From the IMG/VR virus record IMGVR_UViG_3300020048_000007, positions 64,001 through 128,000 of that record: DNA of 64,000 bases. One strand, given 5' to 3'. The notes beneath the pieces are model-generated. The model saw only the letters and a program-made list of their open reading frames with translations, was not told the origin of the DNA and searched no databases. The position numbers and the translations under genes were made by a program. Every line of letters starts with the position of its first letter. Position 1 is the first letter of the stretch. Positions 9,222-19,576 of the stretch are shown here, in pieces. The DNA is from a virus (Duplodnaviria; Caudoviricetes).

Positions 9222-10742
9222 TCATATCAAGTCATTCCAATTCAGACTACCATAAACATCACCGCCGCCAGCCAAATGTCTCACAGCTAACGTAAGTGTA
9301 TCAGAAGTAGGTGTTTGGTCCCTTCCGATCTGCATATCAAAAATGTAGTCTAAATCCGTGTTAACTGAACCCCTAGCTTGTGTGCTGCTGGTAAAAAACC
9401 CAGATTCCTCAACAACACCACCACTCATTGATGTAGCATTAGCATTATAATCAACATTGCCACCGCTGGAGCTATGGTTAATCCATGAGCCACCGGTTAT
9501 AGTAGCATTGCGAATCAAAGAAAATTCATAGTAAGCACCATTTCCTGTGCCCGAAATATGTATCTGACCAGGTATAACCACCGCATCTTCTCTACCAGTA
9601 GCTAATCTAAGAGAAACAACCGGAGCCCACCCATCAGCAACAGCAGTGCTGGCTATGGCAGTCGTCCTAGTCACTGACCATTGCTTAGTCTTTTGATTAT
9701 ATCCACCTTCTGAAATCGCTGTAGAGCATATTTTTTTCAGTGTAGATGATGAGCCAGTGGTTCCAGTATTCTCAATCTCATATCGTAGTGGCAAGCAGGC
9801 TGTCGTCATGTATGTGGTCAGTTCTATATTATTATGCCTGAAAGTGTGCGCTAATACATATTGGCCATCTACTATGAACCCACATCTAACATTGCCCACC
9901 CCAAGCCATTCTATGTCTATCCAAAATATTTGAGTCTTGTTTATTACCAGGTCAGCTAGAACATCATTATTCCAACTATCCTGCCTAATTCTTCTTGTGA
10001 CGCCCAGACTTTGACTACGTAGCACAAGATAATTGTATTCACCGTCGTTTTCTAAGTATATTCCATTGTTTAGACCGAAGTATCCAACCCGCTGCCTTAA
10101 ATTAGTCTTAGGTGTGTTCATCGCGAAAGTCATGAGTAATAGCAGACTTTTACCGGGCTGGTATGGTATTACTCTTACAGACTCTTGTATCACCTTACTG
10201 CCAGTTGATCCTGTGACGTTTAGATTCACAGCACTCTCTGCGGCGACATAAGTGGCATTGCCACTGCTTGCAGTAACGGTGCTCCATTTGCTATCTTGTT
10301 TATACCTATTCTGGCTGTCGAATATGGTTAGTGGCTGTGATATTCTTTGTCTTCCAAATGAATCAGTAGTTCCAAATGCAGGGGTCGAAATTGCTGTTAT
10401 GCTATTGGTTACTTCTACGGCTATTGGGTCTGTTCCCCCATTTTGGACTATTACTGGGATGGGGTTATTATTATCATTGCTTACTTCTACTAGACCTTCT
10501 ACGGCTATTGGGTCTGTTCCCCCATTTTGGACTATTACTGGGATGGGGTTATTATTATCATTGCTTACTTCTACTAGACCTTCTACGGCTATTGGGTCTG
10601 TTCCCCCATTTTGGACTATTACTGGGATGGGGTTATTATTATCATTGCTTACTTCTACTAGACCTTCTACGGCTATTGGGTTATTGTCATCATTTGCTAT
10701 TTCGACCTCATTCACCACGTTAACATTTCGTAGAAGACTCAT
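9222..10742 (-). CDS. Probable virion structural protein with N-terminal 28 aa tandem repeats
   Basis: FGRQRISQPLTIFDSQNRY and YQPGKS...RQRVGYF domain resembles structural proteins of T4-like aquatic phages (from memory). Confidence 0.65.
   Translation of the reverse strand: MSLLRNVNVVNEVEIANDDNNPIAVEGLVEVSNDNNNPIPVIVQNGGTDPIAVEGLVEVSNDNNNPIPVIVQNGGTDPIAVEGLVEVSNDNNNPIPVIVQNGGTDPIAVEVTNSITAISTPAFGTTDSFGRQRISQPLTIFDSQNRYKQDSKWSTVTASSGNATYVAAESAVNLNVTGSTGSKVIQESVRVIPYQPGKSLLLLMTFAMNTPKTNLRQRVGYFGLNNGIYLENDGEYNYLVLRSQSLGVTRRIRQDSWNNDVLADLVINKTQIFWIDIEWLGVGNVRCGFIVDGQYVLAHTFRHNNIELTTYMTTACLPLRYEIENTGTTGSSSTLKKICSTAISEGGYNQKTKQWSVTRTTAIASTAVADGWAPVVSLRLATGREDAVVIPGQIHISGTGNGAYYEFSLIRNATITGGSWINHSSSGGNVDYNANATSMSGGVVEESGFFTSSTQARGSVNTDLDYIFDMQIGRDQTPTSDTLTLAVRHLAGGGDVYGSLNWNDLI
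10415..10680. repeat. Perfect 84 bp tandem repeat x3 plus a partial copy
   Basis: Copies start at 10415, 10499, 10583 and 10667 (partial); encode IAVEGLVEVSNDNNNPIPVIVQNGGTDP. Confidence 0.95.
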
Positions 10743-10757
10743 CTCTTTCCCATCCTA

Positions 10758-11321
10758 TCATATCAAAAAGTATGAACCTGATTTTTTCACTATTGTAAAA
10801 GACTCATAAGGAGTCACGATCGACGGGTTGCCCTCACCATCAATCTGAACATTGAATTGTACAGCGTTGCTAGTAGTGTCTATTTTTTTGACAGTTATAG
10901 TGTTAGAATCGAACATATCACCCAAGTTTATAGAAACACTGCCAGCCGCAGCATCTACTAATAATATAGTGTTATTCGGAAGAGCACTAGAAACCACGTA
11001 GTTTTGTACTACGCTGATAGTGCTACCGGTTTTTTGACCAATGAAGAGCCAGTCTCTGAATTGGTCTAGCTTCGGACCGAACGCTACCGTGGTCGTGATT
11101 TGGTCTAAACGAGCCTGGTCTATATCCAGTTCTAGTAGACCATCTTGAAAAATGGTTCTGAACTCTTCTGTATGATTGTCATTATAAGCCACCCGAACTA
11201 TAAATGAATGCAATATTATATCTTTAATAAAATTCGGTATGCCATAATCATCAGGCACCAATTGTGGCGTGAATTGTTCCTGGAAACCGCGACTATTTGG
11301 AATATCAAAGTTATATGGCAC
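10758..11321 (-). CDS. Probable virion structural protein
   Basis: C-terminal LLVDAAAGSVSINL...ITVKKIDTTSNAV beta module typical of phage fibre proteins; TAAATATA at 11348-11355. Confidence 0.6.
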   Translation of the reverse strand: MPYNFDIPNSRGFQEQFTPQLVPDDYGIPNFIKDIILHSFIVRVAYNDNHTEEFRTIFQDGLLELDIDQARLDQITTTVAFGPKLDQFRDWLFIGQKTGSTISVVQNYVVSSALPNNTILLVDAAAGSVSINLGDMFDSNTITVKKIDTTSNAVQFNVQIDGEGNPSIVTPYESFTIVKKSGSYFLI

Positions 11322-11324
11322 TTT

Positions 11325-11717
11325 TTAATCCTGTATAAAGTCACTGATATATTTAATTTGTTGCTCAGACAGCATTTTATGCTCATTGACTATTAGTATA
11401 GGCTTGCCATAAAAATTAGCATTTACATGATAATTTTTAATATTTGGCAATAATGATTCGTCTGAACAGTTTTCAACGACAAATTCTGAGATCATATCAA
11501 TCATTTTATCAGGAATGTACTCGTTGTCTCTTCCTTCAGCGAAAATATAATCATCAAAAATTCTGTCAGCGGTCATTTTACCATTCTTGATAACGCATAT
11601 AACCCTATTACCGTTGACCGTATTCGCGATACACAGACCGTACTGCAAGAATGACTCTTTTAACGAGTACAAGTCTCTCCATGTTATACATTTTCTTATG
11701 TATTGAACTATATCCAT
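11325..11717 (-). CDS. Hypothetical protein
   Basis: ORF packed in the minus-strand run. Confidence 0.6.
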   Translation of the reverse strand: MDIVQYIRKCITWRDLYSLKESFLQYGLCIANTVNGNRVICVIKNGKMTADRIFDDYIFAEGRDNEYIPDKMIDMISEFVVENCSDESLLPNIKNYHVNANFYGKPILIVNEHKMLSEQQIKYISDFIQD

Positions 11718-11796
11718 TTAACTATATCCACTATGGGCATGTTGATTTTACTCACACACTTAATATTTGATATAACACGGCAGACATGCGTGCCTT

Positions 11797-12018
11797 CTAT
11801 AGATTTTTCACATCTGCAACAGCCACATCAGTGAGTATACTGTTCAGAAGCACTTCATCTCTACAATAATCAACAAGCTCCATAGACGCGGAACCAGGGT
11901 GCTTCTCATCGTATTCCAAGATAAACTTTGGATCTTTTATAGCAATATCAATCAACCGCTTCCCAGAATAGATGCCGTCAGTGACTCTGATAAGGTCGTT
12001 CCTGTGTTTATTAGCCAT
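11797..12018 (-). CDS. Small protein, DUF3820/ExoX C-terminal-like
   Basis: GIYSGKRLIDIAIKDPKFI resembles FGKYKG..L..I...DP.Y. Confidence 0.4.
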   Translation of the reverse strand: MANKHRNDLIRVTDGIYSGKRLIDIAIKDPKFILEYDEKHPGSASMELVDYCRDEVLLNSILTDVAVADVKNL

Positions 12019-12067
12019 CTCTTAGACCCTTGAAGGTATTAGGTAATCACCAGATATCTATCACTGG

Positions 12068-13021
12068 TCAGTCTCCAGCTCTGTTCAATGCGGCTGGTGA
12101 GGGGTCACTGGTATTATACCAGGCAAGTATCTGATTAAACCCATCTTCACCAATATATGATATCATCTTTTCGACATAAATTCGTTTAGTATCTGTCTCT
12201 GGTAAGGCTTGCCAACCCGCCCCGACATTTTCTATAGTTGATTTTATAGTAGAAGATAGCTTTTCTGGAGCAGCCTTCAGTATCTCTACAGCGTCATCTG
12301 GATATGCCTTGAGCAAATTAATAAGAAGTTTAGGCGTTTCCTTGAAATTTGTTCTAGAGAATATCGGGCGGTATTTATTCCCCAGCTCCTCAGCGTCCTT
12401 ATAAACCTGACAAAAATTAGTCAACAACAGCTCAATGAATTTCTTTGTCAATAAAACGTTATAATAATAAGCCCTAGCCTTAGTAGAAAAAATACTGCGA
12501 CGAGCCTCATTAATAGTAAAAAAGAACAGATTGATGTCTTCTTGGACCTGCTTGCCTTCTTCGGCCTGAGCCTTGGCTGGGTCATTTCTAATCACCGAAA
12601 AATAGTATAGCCTCAATTGTTTGTTTGTGATATTATAGACCTCTTGCACTTTCGGCCCAGGCACCAATCTTTTGATTATCTCTTCTGTGATTTTAAACTC
12701 ATAATTGCTGGGGTCAGACGGCACTTGTGGAAAGCGGGTTAACCCGCTATCTTTGAATTCTTTAGCGTTCGCAAACTTTTTATAAAAATAATTCTTTATT
12801 AAATTTTGCATAGTCGCTTCACCCATTTTGGCGGATGGGTCTATGTTATTATATAATTCAACATAGTTTGATGGTATGCTAATCGGCTTATTTAGTTCAG
12901 AATGTATCTTACCGATATAATACTTAAAATGGCTGCGATCCAGATCAGCCAGGCCATAACCGGGCTCTGGTTTCCTATTAGGATATTCTACAATTGGTTC
13001 ATGTATTGAAGATAGTCTCAT
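12068..13021 (-). CDS. Hypothetical protein; candidate head-internal protein
   Basis: N-terminus MRLSSIHEPIVE; CAAATATA at 13057-13064. Confidence 0.65.
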   Translation of the reverse strand: MRLSSIHEPIVEYPNRKPEPGYGLADLDRSHFKYYIGKIHSELNKPISIPSNYVELYNNIDPSAKMGEATMQNLIKNYFYKKFANAKEFKDSGLTRFPQVPSDPSNYEFKITEEIIKRLVPGPKVQEVYNITNKQLRLYYFSVIRNDPAKAQAEEGKQVQEDINLFFFTINEARRSIFSTKARAYYYNVLLTKKFIELLLTNFCQVYKDAEELGNKYRPIFSRTNFKETPKLLINLLKAYPDDAVEILKAAPEKLSSTIKSTIENVGAGWQALPETDTKRIYVEKMISYIGEDGFNQILAWYNTSDPSPAALNRAGD

Positions 13022-13072
13022 TATTATCCCTATAACATCTAGCCGTTCTCATAAATTATATTTGGGACCAAA

Positions 13073-13765
13073 TCAGATTAAGCCATTTTTACGTTCGCGG
13101 TAACGCCTAGTTCTCTCCCGACTATCAGACTTACGACGTTCATATTCAGCTAGTTCTATCCAGACTTCTCTACCATAAGTATTATAATGCCAAAACACTT
13201 TACCATCTATAATAGTCCCACGCTTAACCTTATTATCGACCTTGAGCAGAATTCTGTCCCTCCGTATCCGACACTTCCTAACACATCTACCTGCGGTTTC
13301 TCTGCGAGCTTCGACATGTTTTTTTAAGCCTTCAGGGTCCTTCCAGCACGGTCTGTTGTGCGTATAATATGCAAAAAATAGTCCAGGCTTACTCGGATGT
13401 GGATCTCCAAAATTTAACGGCTCTTTTTTAAGCTTCGCGCACCTAGCTTTATGTCTCTTACGTATTCCGTCTCTTTTTTTCCTTATTAGAAGATATTCAT
13501 TGTAATCTACCCATCGTTCTTTAGAACTTGTCCTCCCAACATAATATAATTTCTTGTGAAAATCATAATACCAAAGGGGCGGGTGCTCCTTCGTATTAAA
13601 AAGCTCTTTGTCCCTAGTCTCATAATCTTTGCAAATCTTAACTTTCTCATTGAATCTCTTTTCATCATACCATAACTGTCTGCCGCCACTGTATGCGAAA
13701 AAGATTCTGCCATCAGCACCGACATCACCTCTCTTAAGAGGCCCATACTTGCTGAATCGTTCCAT
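13073..13765 (-). CDS. Basic protein of 3-4 repeated (K)RGD..dG..F..Y...grE.W modules
   Basis: KRGDVGADGRIFFAY, NFGDPHPSKPGLFFAY, KRGTIIDGKVFWHY; no nuclease motif visible. Confidence 0.6.
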   Translation of the reverse strand: MERFSKYGPLKRGDVGADGRIFFAYSGGRQLWYDEKRFNEKVKICKDYETRDKELFNTKEHPPLWYYDFHKKLYYVGRTSSKERWVDYNEYLLIRKKRDGIRKRHKARCAKLKKEPLNFGDPHPSKPGLFFAYYTHNRPCWKDPEGLKKHVEARRETAGRCVRKCRIRRDRILLKVDNKVKRGTIIDGKVFWHYNTYGREVWIELAEYERRKSDSRERTRRYRERKNGLI

Positions 13766-13767
13766 GA

Positions 13768-14007
13768 TTAAGCTCCGTAGTAAATGAACTCATTGCCGTC
13801 AATAATGCGGTCAGCAATATTCATCGCATTCGGGTTAGCATCATGCTTAGCCATAATACGGACCCCATTATTATTGATAAGCAAAGTTAGTTGCCCCTCA
13901 ACATCCGCTAGAGTACAACAATTCGCAGCGGACAACTCAGCCGCACATGCATCTGACACTGATGCTCCCTCCATTTCAAGAGCTAAAATGATCTGTGATT
14001 TAGTCAT
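13768..14007 (-). CDS. Small hypothetical protein
   Basis: Tightly packed ORF. Confidence 0.55.
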   Translation of the reverse strand: MTKSQIILALEMEGASVSDACAAELSAANCCTLADVEGQLTLLINNNGVRIMAKHDANPNAMNIADRIIDGNEFIYYGA

Positions 14008-14049
14008 TGATGCTTAGATTTCCTCTGATAATGGACTTTCTGAACCGAA

Positions 14050-14265
14050 TTATCGTGGTCTAGCAGGCGGATATTTTCGTTCTGGTTGATTAAAGCTATA
14101 AACCAAGCCATCTTTTATAGCCTGTGCCGCTTCCTCTATGGTAGGGTAATAAACAGGCGACATACCGGTTTTCACTACGTACCCATTACCTATTTTCTGA
14201 ATCCTGATTTGTACACTAACATCATTCGGCTCATTGCGCACTACGAATTCTAATTCTGGCATCAT
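14050..14265 (-). CDS. Small hypothetical protein
   Basis: Abuts the upstream ORF. Confidence 0.55.
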   Translation of the reverse strand: MMPELEFVVRNEPNDVSVQIRIQKIGNGYVVKTGMSPVYYPTIEEAAQAIKDGLVYSFNQPERKYPPARPR

Positions 14266-14736
14266 TCACTCATTCCTGCTAGAGATACCACCGTCTAAAG
14301 CCCACAGCTCAAGTTGTGGGCAATCACTCTGGTTTGCCCAAATCACAACACCATCCTCTTCTATCGAGACCGGCATGTATAAGTTGTCTTCAATGGCCCA
14401 GTAAGCAGCTGAAGCTGCACTCATGACTGATTCGTGATAAGACACATCTGCAGTGCCGCGCTCCATATAATTCAACCGAACATTCTTGGCGACTTCTTCT
14501 GCCTTCTCTATTGGCTTGTATTCATCGAGTACCTTGCCGCATATAGTGCAATAATCTTGTTCTACCGCATCGTCAAACTGCTTTTTAGATGCTACGAGCC
14601 CAAATCTTACTGCGGCATTCAGCCTACGAGCTATGAACTCAGGCCAATTATCACTAACGGAGTCATTCAGCCAATCATCTATCAGATCCTTGTGGATCAA
14701 ATCGGGTGTGATAGTATACTTGTCTTCTATGAGCAT
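14266..14736 (-). CDS. Hypothetical protein
   Basis: ORF with AAGGA RBS; CTIC motif. Confidence 0.6.
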   Translation of the reverse strand: MLIEDKYTITPDLIHKDLIDDWLNDSVSDNWPEFIARRLNAAVRFGLVASKKQFDDAVEQDYCTICGKVLDEYKPIEKAEEVAKNVRLNYMERGTADVSYHESVMSAASAAYWAIEDNLYMPVSIEEDGVVIWANQSDCPQLELWALDGGISSRNE

Positions 14737-14747
14737 ATCATATATCC

Positions 14748-15065
14748 TTATTCTGGGAAAAATGGCACGTATTCTCTATGATATAATTTGGTGGGCTTTG
14801 CCTTCCAAATTCTGCTTCTAAAATCATATGTGAGAGAGGCTTGTGGCTCATCATATTCAGAATTATGCGGAACGTACACGTAAATCCCAATTGCTTTTGG
14901 ATCGGTTTTTTCCGCAAAATTGACGATAGCCTCCAAATCAGAAGACTTAATCCCGCTAACTGAGTCAAGATAGACATCTAAAAACCCAGTACGGCTGATC
15001 CTATATCCCTCAAAGCCTTCAATAGTCATTTTGCTAGCCCTTTCCTGGCTTCTTCTAGTACCCAA
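14748..15065 (-). CDS. Hypothetical protein, paralog of 17612..17860
   Basis: GYRISRTGFLDVYL...DLEAIVNFAEKTDP aligns with GYRIQSHGSFEIYL...DLNDIINFADSADP. Confidence 0.6.
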   Translation of the reverse strand: MGTRRSQERASKMTIEGFEGYRISRTGFLDVYLDSVSGIKSSDLEAIVNFAEKTDPKAIGIYVYVPHNSEYDEPQASLTYDFRSRIWKAKPTKLYHREYVPFFPE

Positions 15066-15556
15066 TTCAAAAGCACAGGGCGATATCCAGTATGTTCAAC
15101 ACATACGTTCACATACCTAAAATCCCTGGCCCCATCACGCATCACATGATTGTGATGTGTATGACCATGGATGTTAAAGCTGAAACGACCAATACAATCA
15201 GGATGAATAGGGATATGTGACATTACGGCTCTCTCATGGACATGCACAGCCCTTATGTCTCTAAAGTATCTGCGATACAGCGATATCCTTTCTGTGTCGT
15301 GATTACCACGAATCAAGACTTTATCGCCATTTAGCTTTTCTAGAATGTGTAGATTCTTGGCTTTTATTGCTACGTCGCCTAGGTGATATACTTTGTCGCA
15401 TGGTCGTACCACACTGTTCCATTGTTCGACCATGAAGTCATCCATCTCTTTGGATGTTTTAAATTCTGGCCTGGCGGCTGAGCCGTCGGCTTTGAGATAT
15501 GTGAGCATTTTCTCATGCCCAAAATGCGTGTCGCTGGTGACGAATATCTGTTTCAT
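15026..15556 (-). CDS. Metallophosphoesterase (phage phosphohydrolase type)
   Basis: SDTHFGH, HLGDV, RGNHD and HGHTH motifs. Confidence 0.9.
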   Translation of the reverse strand: MKQIFVTSDTHFGHEKMLTYLKADGSAARPEFKTSKEMDDFMVEQWNSVVRPCDKVYHLGDVAIKAKNLHILEKLNGDKVLIRGNHDTERISLYRRYFRDIRAVHVHERAVMSHIPIHPDCIGRFSFNIHGHTHHNHVMRDGARDFRYVNVCVEHTGYRPVLLNWVLEEARKGLAK

Positions 15557-15648
15557 ACCACTCTATGGCAAGCACCTGGGTTGGCGTCAATTATATTATT
15601 TAGGCAATTAAATTTATATTATAAAACAATTCTGCAGGGAGCTACTAT

Positions 15649-17352
15649 ATGGCTGGCTTTAATAGACGCGATGTGATTAGACTTGAATCGCGTACCAAGG
15701 GTATTCATTGTTTTACTAAGGCTTATGAGTATTTGCTAGAGGCTAAGACTCCATCTATTTCTGAAGATTTTAAGGCTGCATGGCCGAAGGTCCTGGATGC
15801 TATTAAACAGGTTCAGAGGACTGGTCGTGCTCAGGAGCTTTTTATAACTGGTAAGTCTGTTAGCTATAAGAATTATGAGCCTCAGGGTGATATTAAGATG
15901 AAGGTGACAGTCAAGAAGCATGAAGGCGAAGATGAAGGCGCGGTGTATTCGAGAACGACTAGTAACGCACTCTCCGAGCCAGTCAATCACGGTATTATAA
16001 AGGTCGAGAGATTCATTAATCCTGACGCTATATTTCGGGATTTTTATGATAGGTTATCGAAGGCTATGGGCAATACGGAGAAGGTCAGCGCGCTTAAGAA
16101 GGGTTTGATGAATAAGTTGAAGAGGTATGGTGCTCCTGCGTCATGGCTAAAAATTGTACAGAGATATGTCGATACCTTGGTAGACAAGAGCGGATCGAAT
16201 GTGAGCTTTGTGGATATGATCATACGTACTATTGCTGGCTTTAGGATTGATGCGGATAATCTAGATGATGCGATAAGAATGTTAGATATAAAGCTGGCAC
16301 AGGAAGGTGTGTTGGCAAGAGGTGAGATTAAGATATACACGAGGCCAGGCATATCGGATACAGAATATAAATCAATCTTTATACATGAACTTACACATGC
16401 TTTTGATCCTAAAGCTCATTTGCCACATAGAACTCGTGATAAAAACGATAAAAAAGGCTCTGAATATTATTCAATCGACCCGTTGGAGTTAGACGCATCG
16501 TTGAATCAGTTCGGTACTATAGCTAAAGAACTTCCAGATGAGTTTAATTCTGCTGTTAAGAATATCATTAAGAGGGGCCAAATCGGCGACTATACGTCGA
16601 GAGAGTTTGATAAACTGATTTCAAAATATAAAGGTAGGGTTAATGAGTCGACACTATTGCTTTATCAGGAGAATCTGTATCATCTGTACACAAGAATCAA
16701 GAAGTTATCTGATGAAGCAAAGGTCGGCTTGAATCTTTTCAGGACTCGCGATGGTAGTATTGATAAGAGTCAGAATAAGTTCTTCCTAAAGCTAATGAAC
16801 ATTTTGGATGATCCTAAGGAAGCCATGAACAGGTCGCTACAGGATAGGCTCTCTTCTTATAAGGATTCTAAAAAGCGGAATGAGTCCCAGGGGTTTGGGA
16901 ATTCTCCAAATCCTCCTGCACCAGCTCCTCCAGCACCGGTTACTTCAGCACCAGCTCCATCTGCATCCGCCCCTTCGAATAAGGCTACGCCGGGCACTGT
17001 GGATGATTCGTTATTGCAAGAGGTGTTGCGTGACACTTTTGGGCCAACTGGTGGCGCGTATAATTTGGCTAGGATGTGGTATGGTGATAAGCGAATCACA
17101 TCTCAAAATAGGTATCTCAAGGGATATCCTGAAGTGGTAGCTATGTGCAAGAAAATAATTCAGCGTGGCGTTGCTGGTCTGTCTACTGCCGAAGCTAGTC
17201 AGGCCGTTTATCTTGTTGCGCTCCTAATCACTCAGAAGAGTTCTAGTTTTAGTCATAGCCTTAGCATATTGATGAATTCTAAGAATATAGTTATGATTGA
17301 TGATGGTCTGCTGGCAAGGCTCGTGAAGGTCGCTATTGAGATGGAATTTTAA
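15649..17352 (+). CDS. Large protein with HExxH zincin-like motif and Pro/Ala linker; candidate head-internal protein
   Basis: IFIHELTHAFD with a downstream LELDA; LLEA/ISED near the N-terminus; GGGAG RBS. Confidence 0.6.
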   Translation: MAGFNRRDVIRLESRTKGIHCFTKAYEYLLEAKTPSISEDFKAAWPKVLDAIKQVQRTGRAQELFITGKSVSYKNYEPQGDIKMKVTVKKHEGEDEGAVYSRTTSNALSEPVNHGIIKVERFINPDAIFRDFYDRLSKAMGNTEKVSALKKGLMNKLKRYGAPASWLKIVQRYVDTLVDKSGSNVSFVDMIIRTIAGFRIDADNLDDAIRMLDIKLAQEGVLARGEIKIYTRPGISDTEYKSIFIHELTHAFDPKAHLPHRTRDKNDKKGSEYYSIDPLELDASLNQFGTIAKELPDEFNSAVKNIIKRGQIGDYTSREFDKLISKYKGRVNESTLLLYQENLYHLYTRIKKLSDEAKVGLNLFRTRDGSIDKSQNKFFLKLMNILDDPKEAMNRSLQDRLSSYKDSKKRNESQGFGNSPNPPAPAPPAPVTSAPAPSASAPSNKATPGTVDDSLLQEVLRDTFGPTGGAYNLARMWYGDKRITSQNRYLKGYPEVVAMCKKIIQRGVAGLSTAEASQAVYLVALLITQKSSSFSHSLSILMNSKNIVMIDDGLLARLVKVAIEMEF

Positions 17353-17639
17353 TGGCCCTTGTCCATAAGTCTTAACAGTATCTCTCGTTGTTGAGGGGTT
17401 ATGTCATGGTCGTCTATAAATGTTTTTATCTCTTGTATGTGTTCATCCTCGCAGTATACCGTAGTGCTATCGGCTGATGAGGCTGCGTCAAAGAAGCCAA
17501 CTTCGAGCAGAAAGTTTCTTAGCTTGATTGATTTTAGGTTATCTCTTGGCGGGTGACTGAAAAATGTCCCGCTAAGGTCCATTTTGTCTTGGTAGGAGAG
17601 TATATGCTTTTTCAAAATCTTCGCCTGTGGTGTTGCCAT
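17349..17639 (-). CDS. Hypothetical protein
   Basis: ORF track. Confidence 0.5.
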   Translation of the reverse strand: MATPQAKILKKHILSYQDKMDLSGTFFSHPPRDNLKSIKLRNFLLEVGFFDAASSADSTTVYCEDEHIQEIKTFIDDHDITPQQREILLRLMDKGH

Positions 17640-17860
17640 CTGTTGACGGCGCGGTGGTATATGAGTTCTGGTTCGTCGCTGTCTGCAACGTATATGAAGA
17701 TTGCATACATTTCTGGGTCGGCGCTGTCAGCGAAGTTGATTATGTCGTTTAAGTCAGCTTCCATTATTCCTTGTATGCATCCTAGGTAAATCTCAAAGCT
17801 TCCGTGGCTTTGTATTCTATATCCTAGGAATTTTCCGCAGCTGAGTTTGGGCGTGTTCAT
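17612..17860 (-). CDS. Hypothetical protein, paralog of 14748..15065
   Basis: See 14748 entry. Confidence 0.6.
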   Translation of the reverse strand: MNTPKLSCGKFLGYRIQSHGSFEIYLGCIQGIMEADLNDIINFADSADPEMYAIFIYVADSDEPELIYHRAVNRWQHHRRRF

Positions 17861-17861
17861 A

Positions 17862-18473
17862 TTACATTCCGTTCATTGATTTATTGTAGCAGTAATCACA
17901 CTCGTTGCGTTTGATGGTTATGTCTCGTTTGCCGCATCTTCTGCAGGTTATCCAGTTGTCTTCTACGGCCTTGGGGAGTGCGTTTTCGTATACAAACATC
18001 GTTGGTGTTCTAAAGTATGCTGGTCCAGTGTACTTTATGTCGTCATTCTGGTCGATTTCTAGGGTGACGCTGAATGTGGTGATTGCTAGTTGGCTGTCGC
18101 TGTCTTGGTCGTATAGGGTTATTTCGAAGTGGTTCGTTTCATGTGATTGACCCAGCACTGTGTCGATGACTTTTCTAGTCCATGTGATTTCGTGTTTTAT
18201 CTTTAGTCCGGAGCCAGACATAGCCTGTTGGGGTGCTTCGTGGTTTTTGATTGTGTTGTCTAGGAATTCTAGTGTCGCTGTCCTGAGAGCGTGAAATTCT
18301 TTTATGTTTTTTACGAATTGTTTGTCTGCTTGGGTCCGTGCTGTTTTAACATCTTCTATAATTATCTCACCGTCTTTTAGCATTTTGCGAAAGTCGTTTT
18401 GCATAAACCCAGAGATGTTTTTAATCTGATGGGCAAGGTTTTGTATTGAATTGTATAGTTGCTTTTGGTTCAT
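17862..18473 (-). CDS. Hypothetical protein with C-terminal Zn ribbon
   Basis: CRRC...CDYC. Confidence 0.65.
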   Translation of the reverse strand: MNQKQLYNSIQNLAHQIKNISGFMQNDFRKMLKDGEIIIEDVKTARTQADKQFVKNIKEFHALRTATLEFLDNTIKNHEAPQQAMSGSGLKIKHEITWTRKVIDTVLGQSHETNHFEITLYDQDSDSQLAITTFSVTLEIDQNDDIKYTGPAYFRTPTMFVYENALPKAVEDNWITCRRCGKRDITIKRNECDYCYNKSMNGM

Positions 18474-18575
18474 TATTCGCTTCTTGTGTCAGATATGAGG
18501 CGGGGGGAAAGTTGGGGGAGTTGGTAGCTCGTTCTGGATTCTTGTTGTGTTCGTCATTAGTCATTGCCTTTGGTG

Positions 18576-19093
18576 TCAAGGTTCGATTATACTTCGTTGG
18601 ACTTCTATCCATTCTTGGAATTTGTAGTATTGGGTGTTTATAATGTTCATGGTTTCGGTGTGCCGTTGGTTTAACGTTTTTTTGGCTTCTTCCAGTGATT
18701 GTGTGAGTTGTTTGACGTTTTTGATTGCTTGCGCGTAGTCTAGGACGGCTTTCTGGAGTGCCAAGCTGGTTTGGAGTGGGTCGTGTGGGGGGTCTGGTTC
18801 ATGTTTGGGCATATAGGAATCGCATTTTGGTTGTGGGTCTGGCATTGCGGGCTCCATTGACGGACTCTCTACTTCTTGGTATCCGGTTTTATTGTGCATA
18901 CAGAAATCTATCCCTGCTTCCTTAAGATATTCTTTATTCTTGCCCCACCACACCATGACAGGGTTTGCTCCGTTTAGCTCTTTTCCAGCTTGTTCGGCTA
19001 GTCTTTTGGCTGAGACTTCTGCGGTCAGCTTGCGTTCTTGGTGGGCTCGTTCATCATTCGGACGGATGAACGACTGATTGTCGTTGTTTTCGG

Positions 19094-19097
<4 letters not shown>
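18576..19097 (-). CDS. Hypothetical protein with coiled coil
   Basis: ATGA overlap with the upstream gene. Confidence 0.6.
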
Positions 19098-19567
<470 letters not shown>

Positions 19568-19576
19568 GTAGTCTCC

